From positions 117,359 to 181,358 of the forward strand of contig CAKZGB010000008.1 in NCBI GenBank assembly GCA_936911875.1: DNA of 64,000 nt, in the 5' to 3' direction. This stretch comes from an uncultured Lysobacteraceae bacterium. Its GTDB lineage: Bacteria > Pseudomonadota > Gammaproteobacteria > Xanthomonadales > Xanthomonadaceae. Under the pieces are notes generated by a model, which was given only the letters and a program-made list of their open reading frames with translations, was not told the DNA's origin and did no database searches. Position 1 is the stretch's first letter. Every line of letters starts with the position of its first letter. Both the position numbers and the translations under genes were made by a program. Positions 10,344 to 19,433 of this stretch are shown in pieces.

Positions 10344-10406
10344 TCCGTTTACTCTTTGTTACACGCACTGTTGACTTTTATATAAACGTGGTGTTTACTT
10401 TCTTCC
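10344..10406. promoter_or_regulatory. OR/PR/PRM-like switch region between cI and cro
   Basis: TTGACT (10371-76), a 17-bp spacer containing TAAAC-GTGGT-GTTTA (10383-10397), then TTTACT (10394-99). The cro ATG follows 7 nt later, so the transcript is near-leaderless. An additional GTTTACTC half-site sits at 10347-54. Confidence 0.5.
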
Positions 10407-10640
10407 ATGAACGAATTAAACGAATCCATGGAGCGACATCCCGACGCCGAACTCATAGATCAACTGGGCGGATCAAAGACCGTCGCGGAACTATGTGGCT
10501 TCAACGGCGTCGACGGAATTCGCCGGGTCAGTAACTGGCGCCGCCGCGGGATCCCGGCAGCGATTCGATTGGCGCACTTGCATCTCTTTGGAACGACGGG
10601 GAATGCCTGTAAGTCAGAGCGTGAGGACGCAGCGGCATGA
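10407..10640 (+). CDS. cro: Cro/YdaS-like DNA-binding protein
   Basis: 77 aa divergent from cI. The VSNWRRRGIPAAIRLAHL motif is typical of YdaS/Cro-family HTH proteins. Confidence 0.6.
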   Translation: MNELNESMERHPDAELIDQLGGSKTVAELCGFNGVDGIRRVSNWRRRGIPAAIRLAHLHLFGTTGNACKSEREDAAA

Positions 10641-10842
10641 TTCTCGCAACCCACGTAATGATCCGCACGGCGGTACGTCACGGTTCTCGGCTTGTCGCGT
10701 CGAACAAACAGAATGGCAACGGTCACCGTTGGTCGCCCGAATTGGCACGCTCGTACCGGCAACAACTGCAATAACTCATTTAGGTCCACGGCTCGGCTCC
10801 ATATTGGTGTCGGGCCATCTTTCCACCCCTGGAGGGGAAAAC

Positions 10843-11238
10843 ATGGGAACAGGTCTTCCCAACAATTCCCAACTCACTTTGCAGTTGGAACCCGGTCTCT
10901 CCCATCGGCACTTGTCGCTGCGGGATTGCTTGGCTGCACAGGTCTACCAGATCGGCCACGGACGTGTCGCTGCACGCCTCGATATCGCTCCGTCCAAGTT
11001 GACGGAGAAGCTGGCAGGCTGCGATTCATCCGGCAAGGCCCGTGGGCTGAGCGTCGATGAACTCGAGCGCTACCTCGAACGCTGTGACGATGCCACTCCG
11101 ATCCTGTATCTGGTGGACAAGTTCTTGAGAGACCCGCGGGCACAGCAGCAAGACGCGCTCTCCAAGTTGGCGACCCTTGCGGAGCAGCTGCCTGCCCTGC
11201 TCGCAGCCGCCGGATACCAGGAGAAGAAGAAACGGTGA
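10843..11238 (+). CDS. hypothetical phage regulatory protein (CII-position)
   Basis: Start at ATG 10843 preceded by GGAGGGG. The longer 10495 ORF overlaps cro in another frame. Confidence 0.45.
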   Translation: MGTGLPNNSQLTLQLEPGLSHRHLSLRDCLAAQVYQIGHGRVAARLDIAPSKLTEKLAGCDSSGKARGLSVDELERYLERCDDATPILYLVDKFLRDPRAQQQDALSKLATLAEQLPALLAAAGYQEKKKR

Positions 11239-11266
11239 GCACTATTGCGACCATAGGGGTGCGCTC

Positions 11267-11590
11267 ATGAACCCGAAACCTGCCCCGTGCTACACCGCTG
11301 AGCAAATCAACGCGCGGATCCGTGAACTTACCGTTGGCAGATCCCAGCCCACTCTGATGGATTGGGCACTTGCGACGACCTACGCCAGGGTAATGGCCGA
11401 AGGCGGTTTTAAGACTCAGGATGAATCCGAGCAGCCACTTCAGCAAGTGCAATCGAAATTAGATCCGGCTTCATGTAACCCGATTCCCCCGGCGGCGGCA
11501 TCACGCCCGGTCCAATTTCGTTCTGTAGTTCGATGCTTCGCGATTGCAGCGATCGGAATACTGCTGCTTGATCGGGGTGCGAATCGATGA
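11267..11590 (+). CDS. hypothetical phage protein
   Basis: GC3 is high in the first half only. An antisense alternative exists at 11409-11654 with an AGGAGG SD. Confidence 0.3.
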   Translation: MNPKPAPCYTAEQINARIRELTVGRSQPTLMDWALATTYARVMAEGGFKTQDESEQPLQQVQSKLDPASCNPIPPAAASRPVQFRSVVRCFAIAAIGILLLDRGANR

Positions 11591-11759
11591 GTGAACGCAC
11601 CATCGCCTCGAGCACTTTGACGCGACGCTCCAGATCACCAATTGATACAGACATGTCGTCCTCCTTGCGGGCTTTGTTGAGTAGTGTCCTCAAAGCATAC
11701 CGCAAGGCTGGGCGGCACCTTTTGATCACCCTGCGCAATGACCTGGTGGGAGGCCGCCC

Positions 11760-12308
11760 ATGAAGCCGCATCATCCGCTTGTTACCTGGTGGCGAGTGCC
11801 GCTCCGGAATGTCATGCGCAACGGGTGGAGATGGCTCGACACCATGACAGTGCCGGAGGCGGCGGCGAGACATCAGGACGCGGAGCAATTCAAGGAGTCC
11901 TTGCGTCAGGCCGTAGCGCCCGGTTTGAAAGTGAACATGACGGACCTCACCCTGAAGCGCCTCTGGCAGTTGGACAACAGTGCCGCGCCTTCTGAACATG
12001 ATCCTTCCATGTCTGAGTCTGAACGCCTGGAGCTGGTCGCGAAGTACTACTGGCTTGGCATGTCGAAGGAGCAAGTTCGAGAGCTGGTCGAGGCTTGTGG
12101 TGTGGAGTTCCTCGATCCCAAATGCTTGCCTTCCACTATCCGTAAGTACTTCGATATCTATCCGGAAGGTGCGCTTGATGCCATCCGTGAGGAGCTGGGC
12201 GAGTGCGCGGCAAAGGGTCAGCTCGATCGATCGCGACAACTGATCGAAGGTCTGGGTCTCACGTGGATTGATCCGCGCGGAACGTGCACGACTCCTGATC
12301 AGAATTGA
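11760..12308 (+). CDS. hypothetical phage protein
   Basis: GGGAGG SD 7 nt upstream of the ATG. 182 aa, protein-like composition. Confidence 0.45.
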   Translation: MKPHHPLVTWWRVPLRNVMRNGWRWLDTMTVPEAAARHQDAEQFKESLRQAVAPGLKVNMTDLTLKRLWQLDNSAAPSEHDPSMSESERLELVAKYYWLGMSKEQVRELVEACGVEFLDPKCLPSTIRKYFDIYPEGALDAIREELGECAAKGQLDRSRQLIEGLGLTWIDPRGTCTTPDQN

Positions 12309-12474
12309 AACTGACCGAGAACCCTTGATCATGTGCCCATGCCTTAACGTCATCGTCCCAGTACTCCCCTCGAAACCCGTGGCCATTCACGAGTTGCAAC
12401 CATGGCACATCGAGCCCTCCATTCTCGCGAATGGTCTTGGCCAAGTGGTCCAAATGATTCCCGAAAGACGTCAT
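12259..12474 (-). CDS. small hypothetical protein (71 aa)
   Basis: Strong SD (GGGAGGG, 6-nt spacing) before the ATG. Sits in the ~500-bp gap before the primase gene. Confidence 0.35.
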   Translation of the reverse strand: MTSFGNHLDHLAKTIRENGGLDVPWLQLVNGHGFRGEYWDDDVKAWAHDQGFSVSFNSDQESCTFRADQST

Positions 12475-12807
12475 ATACCGCCCTCCCTGTGGGCTACTTG
12501 TGTGGGAGCTTCTAGCCTAACGCAGGGAGGGCAACCCCAATGAAGCACCCATCGCTATTCCGGGTCAGCATGACCGGTCGAACCCGCACCCTCTGGGCCG
12601 GCTTCGCGCTCTCCATTTATCACCAAACAACCCCGGCCCCCTATGGGGTTAAGAGCCGCGCGTGCGCACGCGTGCGGGGTTTCAGTCAGGCCCTCGGCCG
12701 CCTCGGAGCGGGCTTCGAGCCGGGGAAGGGTCCTCCTGGGGCTTGGGGGAATGAGGGTAGTTCAGACCCCGTTTTTCGTGTAGACAGCGGGGTCAAGAGT
12801 CACTGAA

Positions 12808-15192
12808 ATGACCCAGAACTACGTTGACGTCCTCGATCAGCTCCGCTCCGCCGGGCTGATCCTCGATAGCCTCGATACCTCGGGGCGCATGAAGCGTTGC
12901 AAGGTCGAAGGCGACCGCGAGCATCGCGGCTGGTATGTGCTGCACGAGATCCGCACCGATGACGGAACCGACCTGATCGTCGGGTCGTACGGGATATGGC
13001 GCGGGAACGATGCCGGCACTCAGAAGGTCAAGCTGACAAAGGCCGCCATTACTGCGGAACAGCGGGATGCGATCAGGCAACGCCAGCGGCAAGACCGCCA
13101 GCGTGCGGAACGCGAACGCCAGGAGACTGCAACTCGTGCTGCGGACCGGGCGCGTGAAGCATGGCTCAAGATGGTGGAGCAAGGCTCGAGCCAATATCTG
13201 GCACGAAAGGGCGTGTCGGGACACGGTGTGCGCTACTCGCCTACCACCGGCGCCCTGGTAATTCCGATGATCGATGTCGGCGGCCACATTCACGGCTTGC
13301 AGATCATCCGTGACAACCCGGCGCGTGATCAGCGTGAAAAAGAGTACTGGCCACGCGGCTTGTCCAAGCAAGGCCACTTCCACCTCATGGGCGGCGTGCC
13401 ATCAACAGTGCTGTTGCTGGCCGAAGGATATGCCACGGCGGCGAGTCTGTTTGAAGCCACCGGGTACCCGGTGGCAGTCGCGTTTGACGCCGGCAACCTG
13501 GTGCCCGTGGCCACGGCGCTGCACAAGAAATACCCGTACGCAAAGATTCTGATCTGCGCAGACGACGACCGATTCCAAAAGTGCCGCGGATGCAACTCGC
13601 CGGTCGACCTGGTGAGTGACCCCGCCGACTGTCCCACGTGCGGCAGCCAGCACAAAGCGACCAACGCAGGGGTCGGCGCCGCAAGCGCTGCTGCCCTGGC
13701 TGCTCATGGTGCGTGGTTGGCGCCACGGTTTGGCGACGAGGAGAAGGTGCGGCAGGACTTCATTGAGCGCGGCCGCAAGCTAACAGACTTCAATGATCTA
13801 CATGTACGCGAGGGCCTGCAGGCCGTCCGTGCTCGAGTGGAATCCCAACTCACGGAGCTCCAATGGAATGTTCCATCAAGCCACCACGCTACACCGACAA
13901 TTGAGGGGGGCGGGGTCCGAACTCTGACCCCTATTGATAGCCTTCCCGAGCTGCTTGAGCGCTATGCCGTGATCTACGGCGCCGGGGGCTATGCATTCGA
14001 CTTCCGCGACCGAATGATCGTCAAGCTCGGCGATGTTCGGGACGCATGCTTGAACAGCCAAACGTACAAGTGGTGGATGGAACGTCCCGACCGGCGCCTG
14101 GTCTACCAGAACCAAATTGGATTTGATCCTACCGATCGGGATCCGAACATCGTTTGCAACTTGTGGCACGGCTGGCCGACTGAGCCCAAAGCCGGTTACT
14201 GCGCGAATCTGCTGAACCTGCTGAGCTACTTGTGCAGCGCCGATGAAAATGCGGATGAGCTGGCCGACTGGTTGCTTAAGTGGATCGCATATCCGCTGCA
14301 GCATCCCGGCGCCAAGATGAAAACCACTGTGGTGATGCATGGCCCGCAAGGCACCGGCAAGAACTTGCTGTGGGAGAGCGTCATGGCGATCTACGGAGCG
14401 TACGGCAACGTGATCGGTCAGGACGCGCTCGAAGACAAATTCAATGACTGGGCATCGAAGAAACTCTTTATGGTCGCCGATGAAATCGTCGCGCGGCAGG
14501 ATCTGTACCACGTCAAGAACAAGCTCAAGACGCTGATCACCGGCGATCAGATCCGGATCAACCCGAAGGGCTCCATGAGCTACGTGGAACGAAACCACGT
14601 GAACTTCGTCTTCCTCTCGAATGAAACCGTGCCGACCGTGCTGGAAGAAGACGATCGGCGCCACTGTGTCATCTGGACGCCGCCGCGGCTCGAACCAAGT
14701 TATTACCAGGCAGTCCTGGACAACATCGCTAAGGACGGCGTCGCGCATTTGCACGACTATTTGCTCACGGTCGATCTCGAGGACTTCGGCCCGGGCACAC
14801 TTCCGCCAAAGTCGGAGGCGAAGGGCAAGCTAATCGATCAGTCGATGGATTCAACGGCTCGGTTCGGACATGCGTTCGTGGCCGGCGAGTTTGAGCGTCT
14901 ACGCCGGCGCCCGTGCCTGGCACAGGACATGTACAACCTCTACCGGTCGTATTGCCGGGCCCAAGGACTGCGTGAGATGCCGCAACCCCGGCTGCTGAAT
15001 GTGCTCGATCGGCGGTTCGGGTCGCGACCGGCACGCAAGCGGTGGCAGTCCGACTATGACGTGAAGCAATCGTCGGTGCTGATGTGGGACTTTAGCCCAC
15101 CGGAGGGATCCGACGAACGAACCTGGTTAGGGGCTGAAATCACGGCATTTCACAATGCGGTCAAGGACTACCTGGGGGGACAGAGTGGTTAA
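12808..15192 (+). CDS. P4-alpha/D5-type primase-helicase (TOPRIM + zinc ribbon + SF3 helicase)
   Basis: TOPRIM (LLLAEGYATAASLFEATGYPVAVAFDAGNL), zinc ribbon (CRGCNSP..CPTCGSQH) and Walker A (VVMHGPQGTGKNLL). 794 aa. Confidence 0.9.
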   Translation: MTQNYVDVLDQLRSAGLILDSLDTSGRMKRCKVEGDREHRGWYVLHEIRTDDGTDLIVGSYGIWRGNDAGTQKVKLTKAAITAEQRDAIRQRQRQDRQRAERERQETATRAADRAREAWLKMVEQGSSQYLARKGVSGHGVRYSPTTGALVIPMIDVGGHIHGLQIIRDNPARDQREKEYWPRGLSKQGHFHLMGGVPSTVLLLAEGYATAASLFEATGYPVAVAFDAGNLVPVATALHKKYPYAKILICADDDRFQKCRGCNSPVDLVSDPADCPTCGSQHKATNAGVGAASAAALAAHGAWLAPRFGDEEKVRQDFIERGRKLTDFNDLHVREGLQAVRARVESQLTELQWNVPSSHHATPTIEGGGVRTLTPIDSLPELLERYAVIYGAGGYAFDFRDRMIVKLGDVRDACLNSQTYKWWMERPDRRLVYQNQIGFDPTDRDPNIVCNLWHGWPTEPKAGYCANLLNLLSYLCSADENADELADWLLKWIAYPLQHPGAKMKTTVVMHGPQGTGKNLLWESVMAIYGAYGNVIGQDALEDKFNDWASKKLFMVADEIVARQDLYHVKNKLKTLITGDQIRINPKGSMSYVERNHVNFVFLSNETVPTVLEEDDRRHCVIWTPPRLEPSYYQAVLDNIAKDGVAHLHDYLLTVDLEDFGPGTLPPKSEAKGKLIDQSMDSTARFGHAFVAGEFERLRRRPCLAQDMYNLYRSYCRAQGLREMPQPRLLNVLDRRFGSRPARKRWQSDYDVKQSSVLMWDFSPPEGSDERTWLGAEITAFHNAVKDYLGGQSG

Positions 15193-15213
15193 TGTGTCAC
15201 CAAAATTCAGTGT

Positions 15214-15597
15214 TGTGCAGCATGGTGTGCGGCATCTGTGCGGCATGGTGTGCGGTATCTGTGCAGCATCTTGTGCGGCATGCTGTGCGGTATCTGTGCG
15301 GCATCTGTGCGGTATGGTGTGCGGTATCAAAACCGCTGCCGGTGCGGCTGTGCAGCATGTGCGGCATCCCGCGCACCTGTGCACACGTGCGCAGGCGCGT
15401 GCGTATACCCGCGCGTATGTGCGTGTGCCCGCGCGTACGCATGCCGCACATGGTGCACAGGCCCGTCACTGCGCGGTTTCATGCTGCACAGCATGCTGCA
15501 CAACGTGCTGCACACCGGCACCTGATGCTGCACAGATCCGCAGGGTCACGCGCGCGAACCCATTTTCTTTTTTGCTGAAAGAAAAAGTGGTGGTGGG
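15214..15597. repeat. iteron array / putative phage replication origin region
   Basis: About 12 tandem copies of TGTGCRGYAT(C/GG) at 11-12-bp spacing (15214-15370), then CCCGCGCGTA x2 and (A/C)TGCTGCACA x4, then an AT-rich tract. Non-coding 400 bp directly after the primase-helicase gene. Confidence 0.6.
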
Positions 15598-16179
15598 ATG
15601 AGTGAGGAAACCTGCACCCGGAAAGAGTTCGCCGCTCGTCTCGGCTTCCGGCCTTCCTACGTCTCGCAGCTGATCAAAGACGGCCGCGTGGTGCTCACTA
15701 ACGATGGGGCGCGGGTGTGTGTGCAGGCGTCTATCGACAAGATCCGCGCAACACGTGATCCGTCCAAGATGGCTACGGTCGAACGCCACGCGGCGAAGCG
15801 TGCAACTGAAACCGAAGCGGCGCCACCTCCGCCGCCGGCGCCTCCGGATGACCCAGACAGCGAAGGGGAATACCAGTTCTCGGATGCACGCGGCAAGCGC
15901 GAGCACTATCTCGCCCTTGCGGCGAAACGGGATTACGAAATCTCAATGGGCGATCTGTTGCGGACCGCTGATGTGCGCAGGGTTCTGCTGGATGCCGGCA
16001 ACGCGCTCCGGCAGCGGTTCGAGCAACTGCCTACGATCCTGGCGCCGGCCATTGTCGAAGCGGCGCCTCGCGGTGAGTCGGCTGTGCGTGTCGTGATCGA
16101 TGATGCACTGAACCATGCCTTGGGAGAGTTCAGTCGCGCCCTTGCGAAACTCGGAGGCTCCGATGGAACAGCGGGTTGA
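15598..16179 (+). CDS. terminase small subunit (Nu1-like N-terminal HTH)
   Basis: N-terminal HTH (KEFAARLGFRPSYVSQLIKDGRV) like lambda Nu1. Immediately upstream of, and overlapping, the large terminase gene. Confidence 0.6.
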   Translation: MSEETCTRKEFAARLGFRPSYVSQLIKDGRVVLTNDGARVCVQASIDKIRATRDPSKMATVERHAAKRATETEAAPPPPPAPPDDPDSEGEYQFSDARGKREHYLALAAKRDYEISMGDLLRTADVRRVLLDAGNALRQRFEQLPTILAPAIVEAAPRGESAVRVVIDDALNHALGEFSRALAKLGGSDGTAG

Positions 16180-18076
16180 TGCATTCGTGCAAAGGCATCT
16201 GGCGCAGGCGCTGGCGCCGCGCACACGCATGTCGGTCAGTGAGTGGGCGGACCGATACATGGTGCTCAGTAGCAAGGGCTCCGCCGAGCCGGGCCAGTGG
16301 CGGACTTCTCGCAACCCGGTGCTGCAAGAGCCGATGGATGCACTGTCTGCGACCAGTAGCGCGTCCGCCGTCGTCCTCAAGTTCCCGATTCAGCTCGGCA
16401 AGACTTCGGTGGCCATCAACTGGCTGGGTTACGTCATGGGTCACGCGCCGGGCCCCTTGATGGTGTGCCTGCCCGGCGAGATTTCGATGGTGAAGTGGTC
16501 GGCGCAGAAGTTGGAGCCGGCGCTTGCGGAATCACCCGAGATGCGTCGGCCGCTGACGTCGGTTGCTTCACGTGAAACGGCCAATCAGAAGAACTTTAAG
16601 GATTTTGCGGGCGGCCAGTTGTACCTGGAACACGCGGGCTCGACGGCACGCCTCAAATCGACAACGGTGCGCTACCTGATCGTGGATGAGGTAGACGAAT
16701 TTTCGGCCGCTTTGACCAGTGGTGACGATCCACTGGCGTTACTGAAGGGCCGGATCTCGGCATATCCAGGCATCTCGAAAGAGCTGTACATCTCGACACC
16801 GACGATCAAAGAAGCCTCGCGCATCGATGAGCTGTACGACGCCGGTTCACGCGCGACGTTTCATGTTCCATGCCCAGAGTGTGGTCACGAGCAACCATTG
16901 GCATGGGATGGCCTGCACTGGAATGCTTCGCTCACGGCCGTTTGGTACGTGTGCCGGGAATGCGGCGTCTGCATCGAAGAGCATCACAAGCCGGCGATGA
17001 TCCGCAAAGGCCGATGGGTGCATGCCGACCCAGACAATCGGGTGCGCAGCTTTACCGTCAGCGGCTTGTACTACCCGATCGGTCTCGGCCCGCGCTGGTT
17101 GGATCTGGCCCGGGAGTGGATCGGCGCCCAGGGCGACCCCGCCAAACTGAAAACCTTCGTCAATGACCGTCTTGCAGAGTCGTGGGAAGACCCGGCAAAA
17201 CGAGCGATACGGCAAGACCAGCTGCGAGACCGCGCGCTACCGTATCCGTTGCGCACCGCGCCCGCCGGCGCCCTTGTCCTGACGGCAGGCGTCGACACGC
17301 AGGACGACCGCCTCGAGGTGCAGATCGTCGGCTGGGGCCGCGACTTGCGTTCTTGGACGATCGATTACGTCCGCATCGATGGCGACCCCGCCAACGAATC
17401 GACCTGGGTAGCGCTCACCGAACTGCTCAATCGCCCAATCGTGACGGACTCGGGCGCACTGCTGCAGATCCAGGCGACCGCCATCGACGCCGGCGGCCAC
17501 AGGACTGAATATGTAAAGCACTACGTGCGCAAGATGCTAATCCGCCGACCGTTGGCCATTTTTGGCGCCAAGCCCGCCAATGCGCCGATCCTTTCGCGCG
17601 GCAAGCTCGTCGACGTGACCGTCAATGGCCAGCTCGATAAGCGCGGCGTGAAGATCCACCACGTGGGCACGATTGCAGCGAAGAACTGGATCTATGGGCG
17701 GATTGGGACAGACGCCGATAAGGATCCGGCAGATCGCCTGATGCACTTTTCGGATCAGTTGCCGGAGGCGTTCTTCCCAGGCGTGGTGTCCGAAGTATGG
17801 GACCCGCGCAAGGGCCGGTTCGTCAATCGGCGCGGTGCTCGCAATGAGCCGCTCGACACCCTGGTTTACGCATATGCAGCAGCCCATCATGCCGAGCTAC
17901 GCCTGCAACATTACACTCGCGCCGACTGGGATCAGGTGGAGCAAGCCGTGCTGAGTCGTCGACTGAAACCAGGCAAGGACCCGGAAGGCTCCGCCGCCAA
18001 ACCGGCGCCCCCAAAGGTGCCCGCACCTGGTTCGAACCGTCGAGGCCTTGCTGGTGACGATTGGAGCATCCGATGA
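16163..18076 (+). CDS. terminase large subunit (lambda GpA family)
   Basis: GpA-type ATPase (FPIQLGKT Walker A-like, LIVDEVDEF Walker B). Start at ATG 16163 after GGAGG. Confidence 0.9.
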   Translation: MEQRVDAFVQRHLAQALAPRTRMSVSEWADRYMVLSSKGSAEPGQWRTSRNPVLQEPMDALSATSSASAVVLKFPIQLGKTSVAINWLGYVMGHAPGPLMVCLPGEISMVKWSAQKLEPALAESPEMRRPLTSVASRETANQKNFKDFAGGQLYLEHAGSTARLKSTTVRYLIVDEVDEFSAALTSGDDPLALLKGRISAYPGISKELYISTPTIKEASRIDELYDAGSRATFHVPCPECGHEQPLAWDGLHWNASLTAVWYVCRECGVCIEEHHKPAMIRKGRWVHADPDNRVRSFTVSGLYYPIGLGPRWLDLAREWIGAQGDPAKLKTFVNDRLAESWEDPAKRAIRQDQLRDRALPYPLRTAPAGALVLTAGVDTQDDRLEVQIVGWGRDLRSWTIDYVRIDGDPANESTWVALTELLNRPIVTDSGALLQIQATAIDAGGHRTEYVKHYVRKMLIRRPLAIFGAKPANAPILSRGKLVDVTVNGQLDKRGVKIHHVGTIAAKNWIYGRIGTDADKDPADRLMHFSDQLPEAFFPGVVSEVWDPRKGRFVNRRGARNEPLDTLVYAYAAAHHAELRLQHYTRADWDQVEQAVLSRRLKPGKDPEGSAAKPAPPKVPAPGSNRRGLAGDDWSIR

Positions 18077-18390
18077 GCGCGTCCTACCAGGAGATGCTGC
18101 GCGAGATGACAACACAAGTCATTGTGGAAACCGGCCTCACGGAGTCCATCGCACACAAGTGCGCTGTGGCCGTGATGACGGTGCTGCAGGAAAAGAAGGC
18201 TGCAAATGGTCTTCTGTATGTCAGTGGACCAAGCCGGCATCTTGATTTGCTGCAGATCGAGCAGGATTTCCGCGCCGGGCGTTCGGTGCGATTCGTCTGC
18301 CGCAAATACCGCATCTCGCGACAGCGGCTGCTAAGAGAGTATCCACAGGCGTTCCCGGGTAAAAATACCGCGCAGGTGGCGAAAAAATGA
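18073..18390 (+). CDS. Mor/C-family-like transcriptional activator
   Basis: C-terminal HTH (IEQDFRAGRSVRFVCRKYRISRQRLLREY) resembles Mu Mor/C late activators. ATGA overlap with terL. Confidence 0.5.
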   Translation: MSASYQEMLREMTTQVIVETGLTESIAHKCAVAVMTVLQEKKAANGLLYVSGPSRHLDLLQIEQDFRAGRSVRFVCRKYRISRQRLLREYPQAFPGKNTAQVAKK

Positions 18391-18530
18391 CCATGGGAAT
18401 AGTGGTCTGATTAGCGACCAACCACTACATATAGTGATCCGGGGGAATAACAAGAAAATGCTATTGCTTTCCAACTACAGACCCTCTTAGAATTCACGTA
18501 AACAAGTGGACCGGGCATTTCCTGGTCGGC

Positions 18531-18561
18531 GCAAAAGCCTCGATCCTATGGTCGAGGCTTT
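18531..18561. terminator. bidirectional hairpin terminator
   Basis: AAAGCCTCGA-tcctatgg-TCGAGGCTTT, a perfect 10-bp stem. Overlaps the stop of the antisense DUF3800 gene and follows the Mor-like gene. Confidence 0.5.
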
Positions 18562-19433
18562 GGGCTATCTGGGCTCGGATAAATTTTGAGGCCCCATCCA
18601 TGGTAGCCCTTCCCAACGCGGGACCGTCCGCCTTCGCAATAAAATTTCTTCTTCAGAGCTTCGAAAGCTCGATTCTTGATGGATTGCTCCGGGTTGAAAA
18701 CCGCAAGCCCGATTGGACGCGCAACTAGGTCCGCTAATTGCAGCCCAGAAGAAAGTGCAGATTTCGTGATGATCTTAATGTCAAACATGTATCGAATGCG
18801 GTGTCGGTTCTGACCATCACAGATGCGTCGGAATTCTAACTCCAGACCGTGGTCCATATCTTTTCCTCTCCCTTCCACAACTACATAGGTCAGCTTGTTT
18901 TGCTCCGACTTCTCACATAGAAAGTCGTAGAGCGTTTCCATGCAATGTTGGAGCCCAATTCGATACGCATTTGTCGTCTCAGCGTCCCGTGCGTTTACGC
19001 GGCGCTTGTCAATGACGCAACTAATGAGGATGAAATTGCAGCGCTTAACAATTGCACCAAGGCTCGCCATGAAGGACTCGTGTTCATCTTTTGACTTAAA
19101 AAAGTTGAACGGTGGCTTGCGCTTGCGAATCTCGGACTCGTGCAGATTTACCTGATCATGCCCAAAGTACTTAAATTTAAATCGCTGCAATCGAGGGATC
19201 ACTTCCCGGCAGTAGTGCCCCTTGTGAAAAACGCAAAAAGCAAGGCAAAAAACCGGGTATCGATCCTCGTACTTTTTTAGAGGGTGGTGCCCAGACTCGT
19301 CAACGTAAACTACGTACTGCCCAAACTCGATGCCCTCAGCTCTAGAGACGTCCGATCTTTCGGTGCTCGCTAGCTGCCTGAGGGGCAACGATAGCTGGGT
19401 CTCTCGCCGCTGACGATTCTTCCGTCGCGTCAT
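18546..19433 (-). CDS. DUF3800-family protein (moron cargo)
   Basis: Both DUF3800 signature motifs are present: DES (YVDESGHHP) near the N-terminus and QxxD (LQLADLVA) near the C-terminus. AT-rich, antisense to all flanking structural genes, with its own flanking hairpins. Confidence 0.75.
   Translation of the reverse strand: MTRRKNRQRRETQLSLPLRQLASTERSDVSRAEGIEFGQYVVYVDESGHHPLKKYEDRYPVFCLAFCVFHKGHYCREVIPRLQRFKFKYFGHDQVNLHESEIRKRKPPFNFFKSKDEHESFMASLGAIVKRCNFILISCVIDKRRVNARDAETTNAYRIGLQHCMETLYDFLCEKSEQNKLTYVVVEGRGKDMDHGLELEFRRICDGQNRHRIRYMFDIKIITKSALSSGLQLADLVARPIGLAVFNPEQSIKNRAFEALKKKFYCEGGRSRVGKGYHGWGLKIYPSPDSPKPRP

Noticed and set aside
10495-11238. 247-aa ORF overlapping cro
   Set aside because: The N-terminal 116 aa overlap cro in another frame and look like frame noise. 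The real gene is taken from ATG 10843, which has a GGAGG SD.
11409-12386. 325-aa minus-strand ORF
   Set aside because: Antisense to the 11760-12308 gene, Arg-rich and noise-like. Only its last 81 codons (11409-11654, AGGAGG SD but 2-nt spacing, GC3 ~51%) could be real. It is kept only as an alternative to the 11267-11590 call.
13876-14754. 292-aa ORF antisense inside the primase-helicase gene
   Set aside because: Typical high-GC antisense open frame, with no start context and a low-complexity translation.
15127-15601. Many overlapping ORFs on both strands (Cys/Arg/His-rich translations); CRISPR considered
   Set aside because: They arise because the short tandem repeats keep all frames open. 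The repeats are 11-12 bp head-to-tail without ~30-bp unique spacers, so this is not a CRISPR array. Called as iterons instead.
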